From NCBI GenBank assembly GCA_905331295.1, contig CAJNYD010000292.1:1-64000 (forward strand): DNA of 64,000 bases, written 5' to 3'. A program made the translations under genes and the position numbers. The notes below the pieces were generated by a model. The model was not told where the DNA came from. It did no database searches and saw only the letters and a program-made list of their open reading frames with translations. This DNA is from Rotaria socialis. Lineage: Eukaryota. Positions 26,260-38,503 of this stretch are shown here, piece by piece; position 1 is the first letter of the stretch, and each line of letters begins with the position of its first letter.

Positions 26260-28060
26260 CACTATAATAGTTGAACAATAGAAGTGATTTGCTATCTAAT
26301 AGAGTAAATAAAAGAACATTGTGGATGAAAGGAAAAGCAACCCCGACAAATCAAATAAGGAACAAAATGTTGATGATGATGAGTCATCATGGTTTTATTA
26401 TATGAACAATCATTCGAAATTATATATACCAAATTAAAGGATTAATTTTTCATGGATTTCAGTAGCATTATCTGTTTATTTATTTTCTTAACATTATTTT
26501 TCCTGGAGAGTAAAGAACGAACAACTGGCGTCACCTGTAGAAAATATTCCTTTGAGTCAACCCAAATATTCTTAAAAGTTAGAAAAGTCGTTTAAAGAAT
26601 CAGAGTAAAAACATATTAGAAAAACATTGGAAAGAACTAGAAAGTTAAGTACACTGTACAAGTAAGGGTGTGGGTGAGGTTATTATAGAGAACCAAATAA
26701 GAAACACCCACACCACTGGAAAAATTTGTTGGTGAACAGGAAATATGAATAACGGAATTTTTTGAAAAAAGTCATAAATAAGGTGTATAAACACCTTATT
26801 GTGTCTCGCTGATGATGATATATCTCAGCACATATTTCATCACTTTTATTTTCAAATACTCTCTATATTTTGATGATAGAAATAATCATCATTCGAATTT
26901 TTCTTACCAAGAAACAAACTTTAAAATGTGTCTTTGTCATTATTGTACGTACAAAACTAAGTTTACACAAAATGGGATAATCAACAGCACGAAGAGTACT
27001 TTCCATAGACCAATGATTCAAGATTTAGCCATTTGATTCTATAATAAATTTCATGTAAGATCATTGTATCGGTTCGTGTATAAGCAATATCATCGGATAA
27101 CCATCTCAGCCATGTTAAATAACTAGTAGAGCTGATGAATGTGTCATATTGGTACTCAATTATTCTTCTCGTACATGCTAATAACTATACATGTATACGC
27201 GCCTAATAGACTAGGACGAAGAACACCGGCGAATACAATAAAATTATCGTATGTTCTATGCTATGAATGAACACCTAATCAGAGAAGCACTGTCTATGTT
27301 TGTTTTATAGCGAACCGAAAATTCTCATAGGTCAAAAACAAACTTCACATTGAATATACGAATATTTAACTACCTGATAAGTACACGCATCTAGCTGCTA
27401 CTTAGATCGTTAAAAATAACACCAGAGCACCGTCGACGTATTCAATGGCGCCAGGAAGTCCGTTAAATTTTGAACATCGTCAGTACGTATATTTGAATTC
27501 GCCTACAGCTATACAATTGTATTTACTTCTTTTTCTTCTACAGATTAGTCAGGATGCGGTAGATAGACGAAAGTGCTAAACACACAAGAGGCCAATGATA
27601 CATTAGGTTAGTCTAAACTTAACCCCAGGATATTTTTAGTCCGAATAATTACTCATGACAACTATGCAGAAGTGTCGGGCTAGGCATAGATTCGCTGGGG
27701 GATGCAGTGGGCTACTTATGCTGCGTATCTTCATCAATGTTTCGCTTACTGGAGAAGTCGATACGAAACTCGAAATGGTAAATAGCATCGATAAAATTAA
27801 TTATTTTCTTTCTTATAAAGATCAAGAAAATGATAGCAATCGTAGAAACGATAACTGACTTCAATAGTTAATTATACATTCTGATTCAGCCTTATTGCAA
27901 TTCCAGGTACAAGAGATAGTTTTCTTTCAAAAAGAAAATTCTATTTAAATAATTGTCAACAGTAAAAAAACTCTATTTTCCCTGAACAATGACCAGGGAT
28001 TCATAGCATATAAATGCCATTATTAAAATCATATTCCAAATTGAACGTAGCAGTTTCATT

Positions 28061-30014
28061 TTATGGATTCGACAATGTCTGAATTTCTGATGCTGACAGT
28101 TCACGGCTATACAAATAAAACTCATCCATTGTACCAGTAAAAGAGCTTCCATACCCTGGGGCACAGTATGTGAAACCTTTATCGCTGCCTAGTATAATAT
28201 TCATCGGAACACCGGAGGCTGAAAAAGTAATGCTACCAGTTGTCGAATATAAAGTACCATTTATATACAATTGAATGCCATTAATGGCACTGTACGTATA
28301 TCCAATATGCGTCCAACTGTTCAATGGAAGAATGGGACCACTTAATATTACGTTGCCACCGTTCCAGAGACACGCCTTTAAAGAGCCAGTCGAATTTATC
28401 ACTAAAAAGTGAACGCACCAACCTGATAACTTGTGTACAAAAACTAATGTAGATTCTGTATAGTTTTTCATTGGCTGTACCCATAAAGATATACTAAAAG
28501 GGTGATTATTGATGCCCAAAAAGTAAAAGGGACTATATGTGTAATAAAGATATGGACCAGAACTAAATCGAGCAGCTTCATTCACTACTCCAGCTGTGAA
28601 TGTCACATTGCCAAACGAAGTTCCATTAATACCATTAGGACCATTATCGATCAGAGAACTACTGTCGAAAGAATAATAAACGTATAGTGTAGCGTCATTC
28701 AAAATTTCAGAAGCAGTTTTTGCTATTGACTCATATCGCACTTGATCTATGCGACCATTGAAACATACCGTACTGCTCGAATTGTAAATAGCACCAATGG
28801 TTGTTGTACCCGATGCATCCTGATAGGCAGTCGCCGAACTCGAACCATCCAGTACCCCATTGAGCCACACAGATTGTGTCTGCGTGATCATGTCATAGAC
28901 ACAAGCAACATGATACCACGTGTTGATTGTCATTAAAGTTGCGCCTTGGGTGCCATTGGTGTAGATTGCGCAATATAGTCTGTTAGTTCGAGTCATGAAA
29001 TCAAAGCATAAGTTGGCGCTAGTTGATGGACACTGACTGAAAATACCGTAGTCGTTAGCTGTTGAGCTAGTTAGATAGATCCATGCTTCGATTGTGAAAC
29101 TGCGCGAATTCAAAGGTAGGTGGTTCGATGTGATGGAAACATATTGGGATGCGGATTGAACGAGATTAAGGGCGGTCCCATATCCGAGAAAGCTGGTCGT
29201 ATAGGTTCCACTTCCTATGAGAGTGCCATCGTAGTCACCATATAGATCGAGAGTATTGTTGTCGAATGGCCAGAAAGCGATGACTAAGGGTACAGTCGTT
29301 GCTAAAAGTATAGAACAAATAACCGACAGTATAGGTATTAGAGTAAAACTGAATCCTATTTAAGAGAGCCTCTTTTTTATTTTTATCGTGAAAATCGTTG
29401 CAAAACATGATTCAACACGTTGAGGAATTTCCTTGTTAGCGAATTCAATTAGAGTTATGTTAGAGCGTTTCATACAATCGGAGTGAATTAACAATATTAA
29501 TTAAGTTGCTTCGGTCAAAAATAAAATGAACTGTTGAGTGGTTCACATTTATATTAGAATAATAGAATCACTTGATGATATTAATATAGCTATTAAATGT
29601 GAATCCCTTAACACTTAATATTTAATGTTAAGTCATTATTTTAAAGTTAGTTTTTAATCAAATGTAAATGGTGCATTACTAACTAGTGTTTGTGTTTGTG
29701 GTTGTGTCTGTCTTTGTCGTAGGTAACAGAATCACCATTATAATTGTGCCAACCGCAACTAGAAGTACACCAACAAGCAGCCCGGATGTAAGACAGCAAC
29801 ATGGCGAGCAAGGGATGCATAATCGCCTCTTTGACTGTTTCTTCGTTTCGGTACTCAAGATAGTACTGTTTTGTCGTCGCTCACCACTACCGACATCTGA
29901 CGAGTCAGTCGTACAAAAAGGTGACTTCCTCGCTAAAGATAAGAGGAATCAAAAGTTATGCATTTATTCGGAAGAGGTTCAAAAATTGAATGAATTACCG
30001 TCGTCGAGTCGCAT
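28061..30014 (-). CDS. Type II membrane protein with two LamG/concanavalin-A-like (pentraxin-like) domains
   Basis: Two repeats with SFTIEAWIY..WYHVACVYD..FNGRIDQV and FSISLWVQP..WTHIGYTYS..FTGTMDEFYLYSRELS. An upstream exon (29684-29932) encodes a Cys-rich juxtamembrane segment, a TM helix and a Thr-rich stalk. 5' end uncertain. Confidence 0.82.
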
Positions 30015-31695
30015 GATCTTCTGAAAGAAAAAATTCTCAGAATTATATTACTTAACTATTCAATGAAAGATTATAGGAGATCATCTGTCAAGGGGAAAAA
30101 ACAGTTAGTAGCCCTTTTGGTGGAATTAAATATGTATGCTGCTAATACCTGGTTAGACGGAGAACGTTGAGAATGACTGTTGACGTTTTTGTTATTCTTA
30201 GAGTTATGAGACTGTGGCCTGACTCTGTATATGATATATTCTTTCATCTTTGAACTTGGTGTTAATTTTTTACTGCTTGTTTTTGAACCCTTGCTGATCA
30301 TGTTAATTGAAGAAATTTGAGACACACTCATTGTGTTCGATGGTTCTGATTTGATCGAAGTGAAATGAACACTGTTGTTTAAGACTCTTACCTAGACAAG
30401 AATCCAATGTAATCAAAAAATCAAAAAAAAAAGAAATATCAACATTTTTATGATCAAAGTGTTGAACGTGTTGTTCTTGTCTCTTCGCCCGTTTAACTTT
30501 CATTGTTCCCAATCGTTGCAAATCTGTAGAATGTGAATTCACTGCTTTTAAAAACAATGTTTCTTCTTGGTGAAACTTGAATGAATGCTGGCTGCCAAGA
30601 AAAGCTTCTACAATCCAATAACTGGAGTTACTATTCAAAAATGTAAAATCAAAATAATAATTTCATTCGCATGCAGCTGCTTGAAAAAAAACAATGCTAC
30701 GTTGGTGGAAGCTCATTTATATTCATTTCATAGTTCTAGAGATAATGTGAATTATTTCGTTGCTGTCTTGTATGGTTTCATCTCTCACATTTTTAAATAA
30801 AGCACACGATGCAAAATGCATTCTTATGGATTTGATTTCTAATTAAACATTGGCTATAAATCTAGCTTGTTGAAATGCAGCTACCTGGCAGTTAGAAAAT
30901 AGAAATTGTAAACAGAAAATTTCGTTTGAAACTCGCATGAAGTTTTCACGTGTGCCCTTTCTATCGTTTAAGACGCGTACATATATATATATATATATCA
31001 AATCTATATAGTATGTATAATAATTGCTTAATATAGATCAGTCCTCATGTCGAACTATTTCTCTGATGATGTATAATAAACTATTACACATGTTTTTCTG
31101 TTACATGCCCTATTGTTTTCTGATTTCGGTAGAGTCCAACAAATGCAATGAAGCAAAGTACATCGCGCAATAGCAGTAATCATTTTTTAAAATATAGAAT
31201 ACAGTACAGCATTCAATTATTCATTCAAAACGTTCCAATTTTCATTTGAGTTGTTAAAACATATCCTTTATTTTCGTCTTAGGACTCAAAAAAATTCTCA
31301 AAATCGAACAATTTCATCGTCTCTGTTCTAAGTCATTCAATGTCGATAATGTATGCCATTATTGAAATCATCCTTCTCTATGGTAGTAGGGAATCCTCAA
31401 GATAGATGGATATCAATAAGAATTTTCAAGAAGTATAGTGTGTTTTCATGTTAGTGTCATGGATGCGATTTCTTTGTTGACACTCTCTGTAAACTGGATA
31501 TAATGTCTTTTCTCCGGATAGGTGGATACTGCTGCAGAGTATTGTTTATTTAGATTTGCGTTGGATATCATTCTGTGCATATCGCTTAGATTGGATAAAT
31601 TTATAACAAAAATATCACGCCCTCACGCATGCCATCGTGCATAAAAACATTGATACGAATATTAATGTGCAGATTCATATCTAAACCGCCCTCCC

Positions 31696-31764
31696 TGTAT
31701 TAGAAGCCCCCGGGCGCTTCGAAATCATCCACTGTTCAAAGTTTTTTAGCAGGGGCTTCTATTA
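31696..31764. repeat. Short inverted repeat, probable MITE remnant
   Basis: tagaagcccc / ggggcttcta arms about 40 bp apart. Confidence 0.4.
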
Positions 31765-32657
31765 ATGTGAGGCTACTCATATGACTTTCTGACAGTAATT
31801 TCGAAAAGCATAAATTAAGAGAATCATTGTTTCAATATGATCTTAACTATGTATTAGTATAAAGTTCAAATAATCTTACAACACTGAAATTTTATATAGA
31901 GATACAAAAAACAATATACTAATGTATGCAATAAATTATCAAAAAAAACAAAGGAAAAAGAAAAAGAAGTAGAAATAATTTTAATATTGAATTGTAACTT
32001 ACCATTTCGAGCAGATTGATAAACAATCTAAAACAAAAGACAGTGAATAAATAATTTTTTTGTTATTGAATTCAATCTTACCACTTGGATCATGTTGAAT
32101 TGTAGTTGAAAGCGAAAACAGTTGAAGAGCGTATATATGACTTGAGACTGTTTCAATAGTATGAAAATGGTTTCATATTTGAAAAACAAAATGATCCATG
32201 ATTTAGTCTGTTATACTTGATACTGTGAGCAGTTTTAGTTCACTAGATACATCTGAAACTGAGCAATGACGAAGAGTGAAAAATTCTTTTCAGAGGTCTA
32301 AGGACTACCATCCCTTTCATTCTACAGAATATTCGAAAATTATTCAAACTCTAGTAGTCTTTTGTTGCATCACATAGAAACTCGAGGTCGAATTTCGAGT
32401 TGTTAGTGCACATTGTAGCGATGGAGTAAACTCGGAAATTCTTCGACTTGCCTGGAGAAATAATTTTCAAACTGAAAGGATAATCTGATATAAATCATCA
32501 GATTTTGAGTCAAGTTTCAATAGTATACGTTTCCATTATCAGAGAAAAGGGATTCGAAAAATACTCTTAGCGATGTAGTTCAGGTTGCATTTTTATTAGT
32601 TCTTTTATTTGCGCGACTCTTATTGAAGAGCTCCTGATACACAGAAGCTCAGTTAAA

Positions 32658-33167
32658 TCAAACATCTACCTTATTCAGCAGATCATTGGGCCATACTTGG
32701 TGTAACAGATGAAGAAAGTTTTTGAACGAAACACCAAGACGTGGAAGAGCACCATTCGCAACAATACTGATTCCACTAAGGTAAGGTAGGCTTTTACGTG
32801 TTTCTTCAATTAATGTTAGATTGTATTCATCTACTTCTGTGCCATTTGTGTCATTGAATCCTGGTGTATCAATCATCTCAAGATGTATACCTTTTGCTTG
32901 AAATATGTATTTAGTACATTTTTGCGTCTGACTCTGAGTCTGATCATTAATATCTCGTTCGTTATTATCATACTGATATTTTTGATCGAGACAATCCACC
33001 CAATTCGCACACGGTGTGGCTAATTTCACTTTCGGACGGTCACAAAATATTTCATCGACTTCTTGCGTGCCATAGAATAAATTGTACAGAAAGTTAATTA
33101 TGGATGATTTTCCAGCTCCAGCGTCGCCCAGTAAAATGAACCGTTTCGGGCTCGATGTCAAAGTCAT
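32658..33167 (-). CDS. Septin/AIG1-like TRAFAC P-loop GTPase, C-terminally truncated (possible pseudogene)
   Basis: G1 LLGDAGAGKSSIINF, G2 SQTQKCT, G3 MIDTPGFND. The ORF stops just before the expected G4 strand, and no convincing continuation was found. Confidence 0.8.
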   Translation of the reverse strand: MTLTSSPKRFILLGDAGAGKSSIINFLYNLFYGTQEVDEIFCDRPKVKLATPCANWVDCLDQKYQYDNNERDINDQTQSQTQKCTKYIFQAKGIHLEMIDTPGFNDTNGTEVDEYNLTLIEETRKSLPYLSGISIVANGALPRLGVSFKNFLHLLHQVWPNDLLNKVDV

Positions 33168-33595
33168 TTTAATTCTCCTTTGAATGTAAAATATCAGCGT
33201 AGGAATGCTCTCTTGTATTTAAACACAACTGATGCTTTATATATATTCATAGTCTCCATATTTATTTTGCTTTCACCCAGTTTGATAAGGGTTAGTCAAA
33301 CAAAAAATAACACAAGTTTTCCCCTTCAGTTTATTTCAATCAGAACATTAGTCAGGAGAAAATATTTCTTTTTGCTTCGTGGTTTCTTATTCTGAAAACG
33401 GAACCTTTCAGTACACGAACACCGCGATAAAATAAGAATTATCAGGCGTTTTCTACGTTTGCATTGAATCATCAGGAATGAAATCCTCAGTGACAATTGT
33501 GAAAGAGGGGTGGAGAAAGCCGAAACGTTTTTTTCAAATGACTAAAACAAATAAATACAGCTCTTTCCCAAAACGTTTTGATGAATAAAATAGGG

Positions 33596-33603
33596 TATAA
33601 AAG
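33596..33603 (+). promoter_or_regulatory. TATA box candidate for the + strand GTPase; mirror TATATAAA on the - strand at 33236-33243
   Basis: TATAAAAG ~85 nt before the ATG. Chance matches are likely in AT-rich DNA. Confidence 0.4.
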
Positions 33604-33686
33604 TTGTTGTTCGTCTTGCTTATTGTTTATTCTCTATTCAGCGAAGCAAAAGAAACTGCGAAAAAATATACAATCCAAATATTGTT

Positions 33687-35083
33687 ATGGTATTCATCGG
33701 TGAATCAGGCTCCGGTAAATCAACTTGTATCAACTATTTTGCAAATTATTTTACTCATTCATCATTTGATGAGGCGAATCACTATTCAAATATGAAAATT
33801 GTTATACCAAATAGCATATGTCCACAGATAAATTACGGTTCTACTAGCAACCAACATACCGAGCGTAATGTTCACGATAACACTGTAAGTCAAACGCAGG
33901 ACTGCACGGAGTATGGGTTCACGTGGAATGGCAAGCATGTGAAAATTGTTGATACACTCGGTTTTAATGATACATATTCAACGAAAGACGATGAAAATAT
34001 TCAGAAAATATTGAAAAAAGTATCTAAATTTCAACTTGCTACTGCTATTTCGATCACAATCAATGGTACTAACACGCGTTTATCAACGTCGATCAAAACA
34101 ACATTGACTCAATTGCGTGGCTCCTTGCCTGATAGTGTTTTTCAAAATTTATTTTTTATTTTCCCAAATTGCACAGAAGAAACGCAAAATTTTAATCTAA
34201 GACTGATTGCCGAATTCAATCCATCACAACAGAGAACATTTAATATGCAAAATTCATTGTTCTCGATCAAAGATAAGTCTATTCTTCAAAATAGTAAATT
34301 AGTAAAAAAGATGCTGCAAACATGGAAAGACTCAGTTGACACAATGGCAGATATAATGAATGAAATAAGTCAAACATCAGCTGCATCTGCGCAAGTATTT
34401 GAAGATATGCGTATTAAACGTGAACGATTAATTGGACACAAAGAAAATTTAATTAAAAAACAAAAGTCATTATTGAATGCGATCAAAACGTTGGACATTG
34501 AAAAAGATCGCCTAAAAAATGCCACGAATGATCAGCAAGCAAATAGAAACTTTGCCAAACAAACTGCGATTCCTTATATTGAATTAGAAAAAAAAAATCG
34601 TATTACAGTACAATTTGTACACACCATGATACAGTGCGAGTTTGTCGCGAAAATTGTGGATTGTCGTATGAACCAAGCTTGAACTTAGCACACTTTGGAC
34701 ATTGTCGATGTGGTATGAACCAGCATCTCCATTCTTATGAGATTCCTGTATCGAGAAACAAAACAATCCCTGAAATTATTGAAGATAAAAAAGCAGCCTT
34801 GGATCTAGCAACCGAAGCTGTCAATAGTATCAGTACTCAAGTGGATCGATTGAGCTCGGCACGAGATCAATACCAAAAGGACGTCAATGATGTTAGAGAT
34901 GGTTTACTGGCAACAATTCGTGAATCAAAACAGATTTGTACACACTTTAATTTGGCCGAAGAAATGGCAAGTACAATTGGCAAACTCCGACAAGAAGCCA
35001 AAATTGCAAGTGATCTTAATGCGAAACGAGAATTCAATAATACAGCGGGCGCGATCGAAGCCCTTCTTCAACAACTCAGATAA
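33687..35083 (+). CDS. Septin/AIG1-like GTPase with coiled-coil and Cys/His-rich C-terminus, split by a frameshift at an A10 run
   Basis: G1 FIGESGSGKSTCINY, G2 SQTQDCT, G3 IVDTLGFND. The two ORFs join in the -1 frame at 34588-34597. Intronless. Confidence 0.82.
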
Positions 35084-36518
35084 GTAAAGTATCAAGCCAA
35101 TCACGAATTTTTTGTTTTAAAAAATTGTAGAATGTTTCCTTTTTTCTCTCTACAATCACGAATAAAACTCGTATTGGGTATCTGTGAAAGTTTTGTGAAA
35201 TAAGATGTAAAAGCAGTGTTGAAGTGTATAGAGTAGAAATTTTCACCCACCCCTCCCCCGCCACAGAGCGCGACAGACGCGCACGTAACTAGGTGTGGAT
35301 GTGAGTAAGTGAGAGTCGTTCATCTAGCACTCGCGGATATCAAAACGTTCATCGACTGCCCATGTCTTTGAGAAATGAGAGGATCTTTATTTGCAAGAAC
35401 TTACATTAAATGTAGTTGTAGAAAAATCAGTTATAGCTCCTTGGAAAACTATAAAATAAAAGATTTTTTAAAAGTTCAGCATTATATCAATTTTCCTAAA
35501 ATATAGAGAAAAATAATTTAAGTGGAAAAATCTCTGGTCAAGTCTGCCAATCAAGTTGAAACTTGATGGCAATACGCATTTTAATACAGTTATTTAATGG
35601 AAATTTTTCGATTCGAACAGATTTTACACCGGTTCAGCGTACATTAGTTGTCTTAATGACACTACCCTCTTGCTGATTATTGTGCACAATAGTCAGCGAA
35701 TAATCGTTGCGAGTGAAGCCGAGATCCCGACATAGATATATGTATTTTGGAGGTTGTCCAAAAGAGAAATGGATCATCATCGAGCTATGTAATCGATACT
35801 TTCCGCATGCTATCTCTCGCAAGAAAACGTTGATACTGTGGGTGTACCATTTTTTATCATAAAAATGTAGTTTTGCATAATAATAAACAGCATTTGAGAA
35901 TATGATTCATAATGCATCGCATCAAGGTAGTGTCAATCTAAATTGAAAATTTTCTCCAGAAATGAGTTGACATTGTAATTATCTTACTCGACTATATGTA
36001 TATATTAATAAACCTCTTGCCAAATGTCTTTTTAATTCGTTTTATTACTTAAAGCTGTTGCTATAAGGCAACACAACATAAGTGATCTAAGTCCATCACA
36101 TTTTTATTTATGGTTTTCTCTATTTATACAGTCAGTGTGATCTCCATCGTGCGTGTTTGTTCCTATATCATGTCTTGTTAAAATTAGTAAAAGGCCAACT
36201 GAGAATTTCGATTCAAGCAATTGATTTGAATTATAAAGTATTTGACAGAAATAATTTGAAAAATTTCAACCATGTGAGACGATTTCGGATAGAAGTAACG
36301 TTAGTGCTGATGACATTGCATTTTATTCGAGATCTGCAAATTAAAACTCGTATCAACTACACAAATAGTAGATGTTTAAATACTCAACTTTCAGAGAGAA
36401 CGAAGTAGAATGAAAAATAGAGAAGAATATAAAGAACAGATAGATAAGAACAATCAGTGGTTTGAGAAGGGCACGGCAAGGTGAAGCAATGCACTATAGC
36501 GGGATCGTTACGCCATGG

Positions 36519-37098
36519 TCACTTGCTTTCAGTCGATGTCAAATTCAGAAGAATATTAGGTATAGGTCCACCTTTGCAGTCTTTTTAAGGACATGATAAT
36601 CCGTCGTCTTTCTGTTTCCACACCCGTTCTTGGATCAGCTACTGTTACTTATTTTCCGCCCATCTTCTTTAAATAAATGTGACGCGCTGCTTGATTTGAT
36701 ACTTGCATAAGTGCATATTGAAATCCTTCAGAATCTCGCGCATGATTACACATGGCCGCACGCAATTTACTTGTCACCTTTTTACCTGAATGTTGAACTC
36801 GCGTTGCACCCATCATAATATGCAAGATTGTGTTTGGCTCGAGCTCTCGGCGAAAATCATGATTAATAAATAAATTATTCATAGCATCGAGTAAATCAAT
36901 GAAAGGGATGGTTGTCGGAGGACCACAGGCGTCGTATGGATGTTTCTGATTTACCAAATAAAAATCGCTGGCACAGATAGTAGCAATGACACATGATGGC
37001 TCGTGTGCGGCAAACTCTTCAGCTATGAGTTTAGCACACGTGTGTGCATCGGCCTCATTGTTGATAACTTCCTACACATACTTGTGATCGCCACTCAT
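36519..37098 (-). pseudogene. GNAT N-acetyltransferase (arylalkylamine/dopamine NAT-like) pseudogene, intronless
   Basis: MSGDHKYV*EVINNEADAHTCAKLIAEEFAAHEP...ILHIMMGATRVQHSGKKVTSKLRAAMCNHARDSEGFQYALMQVSNQAARHIYLKKMGGK* shows GNAT motif A/B. Stops at 37072 and 36649, a 3' frameshift, and an apparent internal deletion after HEP. Confidence 0.72.
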
Positions 37099-38503
37099 AC
37101 TGTTGTTAGTGAATGAGTTGGGTAGAAAAGAACGAATGCTTGCTTCCATGTGTTTCTTTATCTCTTGTTTTTTTTTCTTTTCATTGTTCTCATTTTTTTG
37201 CATTCCAAAACTTGAGAGATGTCCACGAACGAATGATTAGAAGTTCCATCACATTTCCTCTACAGTGTATGAATGCAAAATTTAAAAAAGATACAATATC
37301 TATGATATTTTTCGGTCTTAGATTTGTTTTCATTAGAAACTTTGAATACCGAAGGTCAGTTTCCATTTCACGACGGAATTATCATGACAGTGCCGACAGT
37401 TCACTGACAGACTAGAAATTCCTATATCTGACTTCTTGGACATTGCTGTTATAGTGTACGTATATTTTTCTAAATGATTTCAATGCTAGTATTTGGCCAT
37501 GATAATTTGTGCAAGTCAGAATAAAAATTCATATAGTTGTGTAGAAGAACTACTTTTTCTATTTATTTTCTAATATTAAATCGTAAGACATTGAACTCAT
37601 GAAAATAACTACTGCTCAAAGATATGTTTCTGTTACACAAAACTATAGATTGCAAACATCAGAATAATAGTGAGCATTAATGATTTCATTTTTTTCTGAC
37701 AATAAATAAAATACATGCTATAAAAAGAAAATATCTTTGACTACAGTATGAATTTATCTAATATATCAAGCTGACTGACCAACAAAAAAGAAAATCTATC
37801 ATGGAGTAGATATGTATGTATGTCTGTTCAAAGATAGAGTGAGGCAAAGAGAATTTAATACATTAGAATTTTTGAAGAAAATCGTGTAGCCTTAATATTG
37901 AGACAAGAGCTGCTAAGGTGTGCTTTCACTTCTTTATTAGCAGGTTCGATAACATACACTTTAACAATAATAATACAAGCACTGAATCAATAACACGGAC
38001 AGATATACTCGTATTCAATTATCTTCAATGAGATAAATAATACATAATAATGTGTGGAGGACAATAGGAGTAAGAAAGATAATGCTATCGAGGTGGATGA
38101 TGCTAATGATCTGTGTATGCATACACAGATCATAACAAGAGCTTCGTTTCGCTAAGAAAAACTATTTACTTTTCTCTATTTAAGAGTCTTTTGTGAATAT
38201 TGGGCAACATTTGGTGAAGAAAGTCATTAAGAGTTATTCAATGTCTCACTTTGCTCCGAAATTTAAACTGACATAGGGAATATAAATATTTTTCGTCACA
38301 GAAAATTCTTCTGTAGTAAATATATTTGCCCTCACTTTTTTCGTATTTGTTTCAAAGTTAGATCGAAAATTCATTGTTAGATATACGCTAATATAATTAT
38401 AGTGATACAATAAAAGCAAATAGGAAGAGAGAGAGAGATCAATTTAATGACTATAGTTCTATAAAGATGGAAAGAGGCTAGGTTATACGAATTTGAGCTT
38501 GAT

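Noticed and set aside
30071..32500. Short ORFs and exon-like remnants between the LamG gene and the GTPases
   Set aside because: They are interrupted by stops and could not be joined or assigned to a family.
33250..33580. GAAA-rich IRF/NF-kB-like motifs in the GTPase spacer
   Set aside because: The matches are imperfect and expected by chance in AT-rich DNA. They would need conservation across paralogous spacers.
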